A DNA stretch of 64,000 nucleotides from Haliotis rufescens. Its lineage: Eukaryota. The stretch lies in contig NW_025963779.1 in the NCBI RefSeq assembly GCF_023055435.1, forward strand, positions 16,058,001 to 16,122,000, written 5' to 3'. The notes below the pieces were generated by a model that saw only the letters and a list, made by a program, of their open reading frames with translations, had not been told where the DNA came from and did not search any database. Of this stretch, positions 52,701 to 63,860 are shown piece by piece. Both the position numbers and the translations under genes were made by a program. Positions within the stretch are counted from its first letter, which is position 1. Each line of letters begins with the position of its first letter.

Positions 52701-55700
52701 TTCATTATGTCAACCACTGAATTGTCTGGTCCAGTCCCGATTATTTACAGGCCGCCGTCATATAGCTGGAATATTACTGAGTGCGGTTTTAAACAACAAA
52801 GAAAAACAAAACGATTTATACCACGAAATAATTGATTTCTGAATAATGATGAACGGCATTTGTCAAAAACATCAGGATATTTGTAAACCCAGTTCAGCAA
52901 CTGATGAGATATGTATTTTATCAATGATACCGTCAATATGAGCAATGGCGTTCAGCTTGTTTACTAAAACGCTGCTGAAACTGGTTCCAGTAATGGTAAA
53001 AGCGTATGCTGTGAGAGCGAGGGCGTGGGCATGGTTGTCATCAAGGCTTGTGTATTGTTCCTGGAGATAGTGGAGGGCCAACTTGAGAGCATCTGCGAGG
53101 GATCTTCTCGTTTCCTGTAAACACATTGTTGAATACTTACATATTTGAAAAAATCAAATTGTGCATGTTTACGAATATACAGACTTACATAAAAGTAATA
53201 ATATTTTTTTATTAAATTCAAAAATGTGTTTCATACTTACCCCTTGGAAGTTTTTACTAGCTTCCAAAGCTATTGTTATATAGGCAGTTAGAGCAACTGT
53301 TGATTTGGTTCCGCCCTGTGCCAACAAACAACATACATGTATAACGGTTAATTCATTAACAGTACGTTCAAATGTAGAGGGTGAACGACCCAGGCCGTTA
53401 TGTCTGTTGTACTTTAAACATGACCGTCGTTTACATTGCATGCAAAACAACGAGGTTCGCAATTGTTAGTTTGTTTTGAAATCAAAATGAGCATAGTTGT
53501 AAAATATTAGAAGATAATGGCTCATCTGACTGTGAAAAGTAGTTGCATCATCTATGTAAGGTATTTATATATTTCCACCTGTACAAGCTTGAGCCCTGGT
53601 CATTGTGACATCTCAAGAAGTTGTACTTCGTAAGATGTCAAGGTAATTTCGGAGAAAAACGTGTATATTTCCGCGCACTATGTCATTTCCGCAGGTATAT
53701 AGAAGTATTTGCATTTTTTTGCGTTTTGTTGTAAAAACTGACTGGCTAAACCATAGCAAAAAATGTATGAGATTTTCGTAACAAGCCGTTAAAAGTTATG
53801 ATTGTGTTGTATGGTAGCCTCTTTTAATACATTAAAGTACGTCGTGGATAATTCACGTTTAATAACACAGGATTGTTTCCCTGATATAAACTAAAAGTGG
53901 CACCACGTATCACCTGCATGTCTTTGTGGTAGAGCGCGTGAGGTTCCCTGAAAGACCCATCACTATTCTGCTGACCCATCAGCCAATCCAATGCATGGAT
54001 AATGATGTCATCGCTGACGTAAGTAAAGGATTTGGCCTCCTTGAACGATCCTATGACAAAAGCAGTCAGCCTGTGAAGAGAAAACAGGTGATAGATACAT
54101 AGATAGAGATAGATGGAGATAGATAGAGATAGATAGATAAATATATAGATAGAGATTTAGAGATAGATAGATCGATCGATCGATAGATAGATACTTAGAT
54201 AGATAGAAAGAAAGAAAGTTAGATAGAGAAAGAGAGATATATAGATAGAGATAGAGAGATAAACAGATAGATCGATAGATAGATAGATCGATAGATATAG
54301 ATAAAGAGATCGATGGATCGATGGATCGATAGATAGATAAATAGATAGATAGATAGAAAGATTGACAGACAGAGGGATTGACAGATCGATAGAGAGAGAT
54401 AGACAGACAGACAGCAGACAGATAGATACATCATTCATAACAATGCGTGACCTGATTTACAATGTATATCCGTGTCCGTGTCCTCCGTGGACCGTTCCTT
54501 TGTCTCGAGGACATAGTTTTGTCTGGTTCAGCCTCGAGTATTTACAGTATAGCAGTAATATTGATGAGTGAAGCAAGGGACACGCAGGCGGAGCCATATT
54601 AGAACTGTTCGTAGTGTGTTCACAAGTCTATCATGTGTAATCTTGGCTTAACTTATTTATTGCAGACTGAAACGCAACACCAGTCGCTCAAGTAGTTAAA
54701 TTGACTAGGCACTGTTTTTCGTTAAAACGCTTCTTAAACGAGAATTGCGCGGACACAACACGTTCGTACTCCTACCCTCACCCCTTGGAAAGTCGAACCT
54801 TAATAAGATCAAGCTCAGATGACGGTATTCAACATTCACATTCTGTTCACAAGCATTTCATTCACAAAGACCAATTAGATCCTGTAGATCGCCATCAGTC
54901 CCCGGCATACTGCTGACAACGATTCCATGTCTTTACTTACCATGTACTTCCGATGGTATTCGATGTGAAGGTGGAGAAGGAGTCGTCACTAAGTTGATAC
55001 GTCAGCTCGTGCTGATATCCTATGTACGAAGAAAACGTTAAATATTAATGTATGCTCTTCAGTTATGCTCCGGCGTACCTTCTTGTCTTCACCTCCGTGT
55101 CAAAATGCGGTTTAGAAGATGACGGATTATCGTCGTCATCGACTCGTCAATCAGAAATTTGAAACACTGAAGTCAACTACTGGGACATTTGTGAATGAGT
55201 TGAAGTTAACGCCATTTGTAACAATATTATACATTGTCAGGCAAAAGTAGTATACGCCTGTTTAATGGTGGCTAAAAATGAAACAAACAAGAAATGGTTA
55301 TTCGATTGTAATGTATTTGATACGGGTATCACTCTTTGCAGTGTTTCTGCCACTGATTTTATAAGGTTTTGATAAGGTTTTTAATGTTTTGGACAAATCC
55401 AATTTTCAAGTGTATACTTTCTGTTGCCCGGCAGTTTTGTTATATCATGGCGTGTCAATTTGTTGTTGCAGGATCGCCAAACGTGGCGCAGGTCGTAGGC
55501 GCTAACTGTACTGTAAGCGGCTATCGTGGCAACACAAACTACATGGACAGAATTAATTGGGTAACGGTTATTTATTTCGCGTATATAAGGCAAATACGCA
55601 GTTTATCTGGAGCGTTGTGCATATATAGAAGATATCTGTACTGTGAGGTGAGGTGAAATTGGGTTTAACGTCGCGTCCAAGATTATTGCACTTATATAGC

Positions 55701-58700
55701 GACGTGCATGTACGTGTGTGTGTTTGTGTTGCTGCTTGTACTAGTCCGGACTGATACCAATTTATAGTGCTAGCTCACTGAGATACCATGCCGCAGTTTA
55801 ACATGAATACCCCACTCAGACACAGTATACTGACTCCGAGCCGACCAGTCCTTGTTTTAGCCCCTCAATGCCGAGCGCCAGACAGGGTTACAACAAGTAC
55901 CATCTTTTAACGTCTTTTGGTATGACGCGGTCGGGGATCGAACCCCGGACCTTCCGCTCTCCGGGCGGACGCTCTACCACTAGACCACGGAGGCGGTCTA
56001 TCTGTACTGTATGTACAGTGACGTTTGTGCATGATTTACCTTCCTTGATATAGGCGACTATCTTGTCCTTGAGGTCAGCTGTCATCTGCCCTGTGGCCGT
56101 GAGATACTTGGCGATGTAAATGTCTGGAGACAGTCCGATCATCGTCTGCTCACCACACCCAGAAGGGTACGTCACTAGCTGGCCCAGACCATGGATGCTG
56201 GAAGCCAGGATCTCTCCTGGACGTGAACATGTGTAACAAATATCAATGATTGAGTGAGAACGGTTTTAATGCCGCAATGAAACCATATTCACAATGGTCT
56301 TCATACACCCGTATGGGGAATCGAACCCGGGTTATTGGCGTGACGAGGGAACACGTTAACCACGCGGGTAACCCGCCTCCAAAATCAGTGCAGGTAAAAG
56401 GTCATGTGAATAAAACAAGAGTCATCAGAAGATGACATACCCTATCGATCTGGTGCAATTCGGAAATGGAGTTTGGCAACTTATATCCCACTTTGGGTTC
56501 ACTGCCATTGGATACCATCAGTTCAGTGAAGAAATAAATGCGGTTCAGTATCTTTCAAAATTCCAAGTCATCAAAATGCACCAATTCACCACTAGAATGA
56601 TCTGTATAGCACGTTTCATCTAGAAGTGAGTGAGTGAGTGAGTGAGTATGGTTTTACGCCGCTTTTAGCAATATTCCAGCAATATCACGGCGGGGGATAC
56701 CAGAAATGGGCTTCACACATTGTACCCATGTCGGGAATCGAACCCGGGTGTTTCATCTAGAAATGTTTAAAGGTTTTGAAGTTCTGCTCCGCAAACGAAA
56801 TCCAGCCCTTTTGAGACTAAGATCAAATTGATTCCATGGATACCAAGAAAAATATAGATGCAAAAAATCCGCAAATAGCAAAGGGCACCACTCCAGGAAC
56901 TGTTTGACATATCTGTCAATATTTGTTGAAAAATATCGAACGGTTTTCGAGTTGTGCTCTGGAAAGGAAATGATTACGGACGGACAGACGAGTAGATGAT
57001 ACCACGCTGAGGTCTGTCCAATGGATCAGGTATCTACACCAACAAATTGTGTTTGTTTGTTTGTTTGTTTGTTTGTTTGTTTAACGCCGCACTCAGCAAT
57101 ATTCCAGCTTTATGACGGCGGTCTGTAAATAATGGAGTCTGGACCAGACAATCCAGTGATTGGGATACGATGACATGCTTCAACCAAGTCAGCGAGCCTG
57201 ATCACCCGATCCCGTTAGTCGCCTCTTACGACAAGCACAGTCGCCTTGTAGGGCAAGCATGGGTTGTTGGAGTCTACCCTGGATCTTCAGGAGTCCAACC
57301 AACAAAAGATAATGTGTTTACATGAAAAGAGAGTTACTTCTCTGATTGCTAAAAGCAAAGCCAGAAGTCGTCTTACCCGATAATTTGGCTTTGACTTTCA
57401 CTGACCCTTTGATCACGGAAGCTGGTAGAACGACATCAACTGCCGTCGATAGGGATGAGGCGGCGTTCAGGTCGATTACCACTGGGAAGTTATAGTGTTG
57501 CGGTGCCCCTTGTGGCTGTCCATCAAAATACCAATACAAACCTTTATAGAAGGTCCACGTTACCCCACTAATCCAACCATCTATAAAGATTCATCAGGAC
57601 TACACTCCCGGGCAAAAGAAAGTTTACACTAAAATCATGATCTTGATCAAGACATTACCTGCTTGACTCTGGTCATTACTGTGTACTATGAAATTTCGTT
57701 ACCGTGTTCCTTCAGACGTCATGTGCACGTCACCTGTTGTGAGACAGTCATTGATATGATGCATATCCATTTCTTGTTGTTTCATTTTTAGCCACCATCA
57801 TAGATGGATGTATACTTTCTTTTGTCCCTCAGTTTACCTGGATTCTAAACGAAAGATACCTGCTGGAGGTGATCAGTGACTTTTCGTGACAGTGAGCATG
57901 GGCGTTGTCGTCCTGAAAGACAACACATCGCCCCACACGACTTGCAAACGGGACTGAAGTCTCAGGTTGACATTGATTTGACGTTCATTTCGACCGTGCC
58001 AGACACGTCCATCTCTATCAAGAAAGTGCAAAGTGAATTGGTCACGTGAAACGGGACCGGCGACGATTACCCCAGTTTCGACGTTGTGTACACGTCTGTT
58101 GGCAATAGGACGATTTGTGAGGGGCGGCACAACACGTGGCCGTCGAGTATGGAGATAAGATGCATGTACACGATTCTTAATCGTATCTTGTACTAATGTA
58201 GCCTGAAGAAATTTGATTGGCCGTTTGAGCTCGATTTCGGTGAGCCTGGTTTCGGATAAATCGATCCTATACCTTGAGGCCTTGAACAGAGGGATAAATT
58301 ATCCTGTAAATCCCTAATCCACAATGACTTGACATTGAGTTCATCTGGCTACTTGTCACCTAAATACTTTGACCACTGTGTGCAGAAAAGGCAGCGCACG
58401 ATGACAGATTTTTGAAGGGACATTCCTAGTAAGTGCAATGTGTGCTTAATGCAGTTTGTTATTTGTTGACTTGTATCATTAAATCTAATTACGAAATAAT
58501 GATTGTAATCCTCATGACTATTATTTCAGTTATTAAATGTGTCATATCAATGTACACGCGTGTAACAATGCATAAAGAACGTGTTGAATAATATTCAATA
58601 ACGGCTCGTGATTGGTAAACTAGAGAACCTGTAGAGGAGTTATGTCTTCATTTTGTATAATTTACACTAATTTCAGTGGTCAACTCACCTTTACTTGTAT

Positions 58701-61700
58701 TTCTTTAACAACGGTATCCCGAACGTTGCTAAGTAAGCCTATAGCGGTTATTTTCACTGTCACTGTGCCAAGTGTTGTGAAGGATGTAGGAACGGTAAAT
58801 GACAAACTCTCGCCATGTTTGATCTGCAATATTGATGTATGCGTTCATTTCGACCATTGTGTGTAAATGAATCATTGATCACCAGTGCAAACAAATAGTG
58901 TGTCATTCCACTTACAATGAGTTTTTTTTCTTTAACTGACTATTAACCAAAGAATCAGCGCTTATTAGCTTACATTAGAAATGCACTGTTACCTCATGTT
59001 TTGATCACAATTATCAATAGCTTACCAGATTTTGAAACAGTTTCTTATTGAGCATATGTACCTGGCCATTTCTGTACACCTTATCTTGGCTCACGGAGTT
59101 TTCAATGATAAGTGTAATCTGAAAATCAATGAAAAAAAGATGAATGTAAGTAAAATATTGTATCTTCTAACACGCGTTTTAAACGGCTACTATATATTAT
59201 CAATAGTTTTTAGATGCTGACCATTAAACACACTTTATTTGTTTTAATTCCATATAAATTAAAACTAAATGTTTGCATATTTTGATCTGCAAACGTTGAA
59301 TTGTCATGGGAGGGTTTCAAAAATCAATTCATACGTTGTGTTTAACAGTTACTATTCTTTAGAGGTTTGTATGTTATCACATATTTACGAATGTGACTTG
59401 ATAATATAGAGTTATTTTGAATTTGAAATACATTGAGGCCACAAGCACATCATACACCGAAATCCATGGGTATTATAGCATATGGGCTTACGTGCACTAC
59501 GTTTCTTACCGGAATTTCCGATCCCATGTAGTTGTAGACAACAGGTTGAAGAATGATCTTTTCGCCGAATATAATATGATCGGGTGTGATGAGGGACACG
59601 AAAAACTTTAAAGATGAAAGAATCTGAAACAAATTATAATTATTCAACACCTAAGACCTTATTATCAGCCGCGCCCGATAGTTAAGATTTAATTACATAA
59701 TGGAACAGCAATGATATTATGTACAACCAAAAAAAGAAACGCATATCTGGTTTTCAAGACGTTCATTCTGTGACTTCTACAAGGCTTTAAAAGCGATAGG
59801 TTGGGCATGTGTGTTTGGAAGATTACAAAGTGAATCAGAGTATACCTTACGTAAGACCCGTGAAGATCAGGGTTACAATAGGTCTTCAGCAGCCCATGGT
59901 TGCCGTAAAAGGCGACTCTGATTGTCGTAAGAGGCTACTAACGGGAACGGGTGGTCAGGCTCGCTGACTTGGTTGATGCATGTCAACGTATCCCAATTGC
60001 GTGGATCGGTGTTGATGATGCCAATCACTGGATTGTATGGTCCAGACTCATTTACAGACTACCGCCATATAGCTGGAATATTGGTGAGTGCGGCGTTAAA
60101 CAACAAACAAACAAACACCTTACGTTAACGGAGATAGTTTTGCGACTGCCTGTTACACCATTTTTCTCACGCACAGTCAGTCGTACCGTGTCCATTATTG
60201 GCACAAACGACTGCGCAACACCTCCTGCCCATGGAACCAAGAAGCATGCTGATGACATCTTAAGAAATGGCAGCCCACTCTTCCCGAAGAACGTGGCATA
60301 ATCGTGGCAGATTCCGTGGCCCAGGCTGACGTTGGCATTCTGTGTCGGACTTGCACATCCGACAGATGCTCAATCGGGCCAGGCTGAAACATGATCCCTG
60401 GTGCGTGCAGAGCCTGGTTAACGTAGAATGTCCTCACGTTAACGCATACCTGTTTAGTTCCCTGGACATGAACATGATCTGTTCTTCGTCTATAAACGAT
60501 GGCTCCCCACATCACGACACTTTGTCCACTGAATTTGTGACTTTTTGTATGCAACATCCGGCATGGGGCTCATTCCGTCGCTGATAGCAATGGATTAGAT
60601 AGGAACATGGACATGGAAACGGCTTTTCAATTTCCAAAGAAAACGAATCATGCAAATGTCAAGGGCAATCGATGTTTACTCTATTAAAGGAAAAAGTGAG
60701 TGAGTATGGTTTTACGCCGCTTTTAGCAATATTCCAGCAATATCACGGCGGGGACACCAGAAATGGGCTTCACACATTGTACCCTTGTCGGGAATCGAAC
60801 CCGGGTCTTTGGCGTGACGAGCGAACGCTTTAACCACTATGCTACCCAACCACCCCATCAAAGAAAATAAACAGTTTCGTGAAACCTTATCGTTAAAAAA
60901 GAACATGTACATATTTTTTAACTGAAAGTCTAGCCTGAAAAATTACCCCATCCTAGAATTTTAATTTTGAAAATATACTTACTACCTTTGCGTTTCTTTG
61001 CTTGGAGAGTATATATATGAACGTATCGATATCATTTTGTGTATTATATAGGTGGGTACCTCATTTAAGAAAGTTCGGCTGTCTGTTCGTATATGTAGTT
61101 TACTGCGCTTTACATTACATGCATGTAGTTAATGCTCAAAAGAAGTACCTTTACAAATCCAAGCATGAATTGGGAAAATACTTTATTCTGATCGGTCAAT
61201 CAGAGGTTTACATCAAAACAACCACCTCTGGCTGAAACAGACGACTTGACGCTCATATGACTAAATATTTACGTAAACATACATCTTTCTCAATCATTTT
61301 TGGTACGGATCGGATGGATTTTTGTATGGGGGCTCTATATTCTGTCAGCAACAAATGCAGAACCAGATATCTTATTAATTAACATTTGAGCTTAAATATT
61401 TCTTGAGAATATACATCTTTCAGTTATGTATTTTTTTGTTTCTGACAATTTCCTTTTTTTAAGAGTCTGAAGCATAATTTTCTTTTCAAGCTTTTTCTGG
61501 GACAATTGATTTCACTCGATAAAATCCCAGGCCCACTTCCCATCACCACCCTCCACCAAAGATCATGGTAAACGTCTGAGACCTGCATCACTTCGCGCTT
61601 TCCTCCCACATTAAGCTGACACGCCGTGATATAACTGGATTACTGTTAAACCAAACTCACTCACTCACGAAACATCAAATGGTCGGCCCCTAAAGTAACT

Positions 61701-62998
61701 TTAAGCATACCTCGGCGTATCCTGATGTGATACTTAGTCCATATGTTAAGCTCATAGCAAAGGCACTCGCCACCCAAGTCGTCACCGTGTCCCCAAGACG
61801 AACGGGGATGTCCACAGTGCCCGTCGACCTAAAACAGAGGTATGTCACGAGCATGGGCATCTATCCACGCTTTGTAAATTTTATCATTAGTAATTGAAAG
61901 TTGTCTTAATTTATCAAACTATTTATAACAAAGCAACTTGACACTAACTGTTTTTCATATTAATAATATAGAAGCTAATGCGATGAAAATGCTATGCTTA
62001 ATTCAAATAAAAAAAGCGACAAAACGCTTTCAATAATCATAAGAAATCGTAGAGCCCATTCTACGATTCCAACTATATCATAAGCATGTGTTTTTTTATC
62101 ACTATCAAATGGTGATTATACCAGTGTCAGGGTCAAAGTCAATTGATCAAATTGTTTAAAATAATGCAATGTAACTTCTACTATTAATTAATAATAATTC
62201 GACAATTTTTGAATATAGTATTTTGTATTAATAAAAATCACCTAAGTGAACATGTAAATATTCCTTATTGTAGATTACGGCCTATGTGTGAAGGTAGGTT
62301 ATTAATACCAATACTGAACAGGAAATGTATTTAACTTGTTGGGCTGAAAAACAAATATTCCCTCAATCCCGTTCCCGGAACTATTAATGAGCTTTGTTCG
62401 AAGAGGAATATTATTAAAGAAAGCAGGAAAGGTGAAATTAACCAGAGGAAGGGGAAATGTTCCGAAGAAACACAAGGTAGGATTTGATTTGACTGCTTGT
62501 TGTTTTACGCCGCACTCAGCAATATATCAGATATCTGATGGCGGCTTGTAAATAATCGAGTCTGCACGATCCATGCTGTCAGGGCACGATGACATGTAAT
62601 CAAATGAATCACCGAGCCTGACCACCCGATCGTTTGTGTCTTATGTTACGACAAACAGGTTGCTGTGGACCTATATTCTACCCTGGACTCCCCACAGGGT
62701 TATAGGATAAATAAGTAGAGAGAAGATATTAAGGAAGTTATATAGACTAACCCGAGAGTGGTATTGGTCCACAGCAAGGTATCCATGAAGTTGGTCCGCG
62801 ACCTTGTCTTGCCCAAGAGGACATCCCCAGTTGGGGGATGCAAGGTAACACTTGGAGTCATAGTTAGCGATGCTGTTGGAAGTCCAGATTGGCCATGCCA
62901 TGGAAACGCAGCGGTTGGCGTTCCACTTTTCTGAGGCCAGCCAAACGATGCGGCTGGAAGTCCAGTTTGTCCTGGGATGGGGCTTGCTGTTGGAAGTC
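46694..62998 (-). CDS. Thioester-containing protein (TEP; CD109/alpha-2-macroglobulin superfamily), 3' ~810 aa, 19 exons, 5' part beyond the window
   Basis: Phase-consistent GT-AG exons: 62752-62998, 61711-61828, 59510-59623, 59026-59118, 58689-58823, 57377-57515, 56040-56216, 54941-55019, 53914-54070, 53241-53315, 52931-53114, 52117-52331, 51204-51374, 50528-50590, 49864-49973, 48976-49123, 47961-48063, 47087-47178, 46694-46708. Motifs: DTVTTWVASAF, GCGEQ, STWLTAFV, IETSAYALL, GGFTSTQDTVVAL, SGMAV..GIPTGF, FDYYNP, CDICPTCTGC. A phase-1 donor at 63993 marks a further upstream exon. Confidence 0.93.
47087..47178 (-). CDS. TEP exon: C-terminal Cys cluster
   Basis: NQQSVFYLSSALHDAKLCDICPTCTGCGDL; gcag| acceptor, |gtgagt donor. 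Confidence 0.85.
47961..48063 (-). CDS. TEP exon (receptor-binding/MG8 domain)
   Basis: IGRSPLCVDVTANRVG...VLVFDYYNP. Confidence 0.9.
48976..49123 (-). CDS. TEP exon (MG8)
   Basis: WKLADSSGMAVIQVGIPTGFEPD...VDIYFEQ. Confidence 0.9.
49864..49973 (-). CDS. TEP exon
   Basis: VAVFYNVDAADGNAAFDLTATVIKESVQSITVHVCA. Confidence 0.85.
50528..50590 (-). CDS. TEP exon
   Basis: LPVDSGSVNITASGSGLGVVE. Confidence 0.85.
51204..51374 (-). CDS. TEP exon
   Basis: DTVVALKALSEF...NINVLHEVE. Confidence 0.9.
51700..51866. repeat. 63-bp tandem repeat (~2.7 copies), intronic
   Basis: GAACCAATCA recurs at 51700, 51763 and 51826. Confidence 0.8.
52117..52331 (-). CDS. TEP exon (thioester domain)
   Basis: QIKYW...DIETSAYALLA...KWIVQQRNPNGGFTSTQ. 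Confidence 0.92.
52931..53114 (-). CDS. TEP exon (thioester domain)
   Basis: ETRRSLADALKLALHYL...ALALTAYAF. Confidence 0.9.
53241..53315 (-). CDS. TEP exon (thioester domain)
   Basis: GGTKSTVALTAYITIALEASKNFQG. Confidence 0.9.
53914..54070 (-). CDS. TEP exon containing the catalytic His
   Basis: LTAFVIGSF...WLMGQQNSDGSFREPHALYHKDMQ. Confidence 0.92.
54090..54430. repeat. (GATA)n/(GACA)n microsatellite
   Basis: Direct reading. Confidence 0.9.
54941..55019 (-). CDS. TEP exon
   Basis: GYQHELTYQLSDDSFSTFTSNTIGSTW. Confidence 0.9.
55645..55998 (-). mobile_element. SINE family D, full length, intronic
   Basis: 12-bp TSD TATCTGTACTGT at 55633-55644 and 55999-56010. Confidence 0.9.
56040..56216 (-). 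CDS. TEP thioester exon
   Basis: EILASSIHGLGQLVTYPSGCGEQTMIGLSPDIYIAKYL; GCGEQ codons at 56146-56160. Confidence 0.95.
56626..56749 (-). mobile_element. SINE family A, 5'-truncated
   Basis: 13-bp TSD GTTTCATCTAGAA at 56613-56625 and 56750-56762. Confidence 0.85.
57050..57295 (-). mobile_element. SINE family C
   Basis: (GTTT)n tail plus body with internal deletions. Confidence 0.8.
57377..57515 (-). CDS. TEP exon
   Basis: PQGAPQHYNFPVVIDL...VIKGSVKVKAKLSG. Confidence 0.9.
57601..57836. mobile_element. Tc1/mariner-type MITE (related pieces at ~36490-36562, ~44785-45030 and ~55235-55420)
   Basis: Imperfect TIR TACACTCCCGGGCAAAAGAAAGTTTACA / TGTATACTTTCTTTTGTCCCTCAGTTTA; shared block TTGTTTCATTTTTAGCCACCATCA. 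Confidence 0.55.
57870..58210 (-). mobile_element. Tc1 transposase relic
   Basis: DTIKNRVHASYLHTRRPRVVPPLT and FTLHFLDRDGRVWHGRNER resemble Tc1 second-HTH and first-Asp regions. Confidence 0.55.
58689..58823 (-). CDS. TEP exon (MG7)
   Basis: IKHGESLSFTVP...VRDTVVKEIQVK. Confidence 0.88.
59026..59118 (-). CDS. TEP exon (alternative weaker donor possible at 59062)
   Basis: ITLIIENSVSQDKVYRNGQVHMLNKKLFQNL; ttttcag| acceptor, |gtaagc donor. Confidence 0.7.
59510..59623 (-). CDS. TEP exon (A2M domain)
   Basis: ILSSLKFFVSLITPDHIIFGEKIILQPVVYNYMGSEIP (cf. family FFVSLxLPYSxxRGE..VFNY). Confidence 0.9.
59855..60116 (+). mobile_element. SINE family C, full length (duplicated-hairpin variant)
   Basis: Starts GACCCGTGAAGATC; TSD ACCTTACGT at 59844-59852 and 60117-60125. 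Confidence 0.9.
60150..60600 (-). mobile_element. Tc1 transposase relic (DDE region)
   Basis: GQSVVMWGAI..RTDHVHVQG..IMFQ..PIEHLSD, matching Tc1 WG..I and NPIEHLWD motifs. Confidence 0.7.
60696..60856 (-). mobile_element. SINE family A, full length
   Basis: Reverse complement of the A consensus. Confidence 0.85.
61711..61828 (-). CDS. TEP exon (A2M domain)
   Basis: STGTVDIPVRLGDTVTTWVASAFAMSLTYGLSITSGYAE. Confidence 0.9.
62752..62998 (-). CDS. TEP exon: bait-like region and the position of the family FPETW motif
   Basis: GLPTASPIPGQTGLPAASFGWPQKSGTPTAAFPWHGQSGLPTAS...RSRTNFMDTLLWTNTTLG; different frame from the ORF-track entry. Confidence 0.8.
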
Positions 62999-63169
62999 CT
63001 TTGGAAAGAAAACATCTTTACAGAGTCAGGTATTTCTATTGTTTCATGAAATTAACTGCAAGTATCTCCAGAGATTACTTCCCCTGTATGTAAAGATAAA
63101 TGGGTTATATCTACCAAGGGATGATAAACGGATATCCCTTGACGTTGGTTAAAGTGGTACAAGTTAAAT

Positions 63170-63860
63170 TAGTGTCAACTGTATGACTCATCTGTTACAT
63201 TTGTTAACATGCTATTACTCTATGATCAACAAGGACAAACTGACTGGTCATCTTCTGTTAAGCATCAGCTTTATTCATGTGGTTATGGTAACATATGGAC
63301 AGAACAGGACACGTATATACCAGATCATTTCATGGATGCTTTTACTCAGACAATGAAAGATATGTTCATTCAAAATTTTCATTTTTCCTTATCCTAATCC
63401 AAGAAACTATCAAGTTATTATCTTTTTAAATACTTAAATACTAACTTAATGTATTTCTAAAAACATTCCGAATTGCACATGCAAGATTCAGATGTGATTC
63501 ACACGAACTCTATATCGAGACGGGAAGATATATGGGGATCGTGAGAGAACACAGCATTTGTCAGTTTTGTGATTTAAACACTGTCGAAAGTGAGAACCAT
63601 TTCTTACTACTTTGTCCGTTGTATGCTGAACTCGGAAAACAGTGAATTGATAACTATCATATCCGTTATCCAAGTTTACAGAAATTTGTTTCGTTAATGT
63701 CAAGTAACAATGTAGTAATAACGAAAAAACTGTCAATGTACATATTGCATACCACGAGGCTAAGAAGCTCCAAATGTGTTACCTTGTAAATGTATATACA
63801 CCCATTACAATATTACATGCATTATAGGCCTATGGTCTATCAGTATTATGAATAATTACA
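63170..63860 (+). mobile_element. Non-LTR retrotransposon ORF2 C-terminal relic, intronic and antisense to the TEP
   Basis: DWSSSVKHQLYSCGYGNIWTEQ..KDMFIQN and ICQFCDLNTVESENHFL (CCHC knuckle-like), with stops and frameshifts. Confidence 0.65.

Noticed and set aside
62671-63015. ORF-track 114-aa protein MFSFQRTSNSK...
   Set aside because: Wrong frame; the alternative frame gives the TEP bait exon in phase with the next exon
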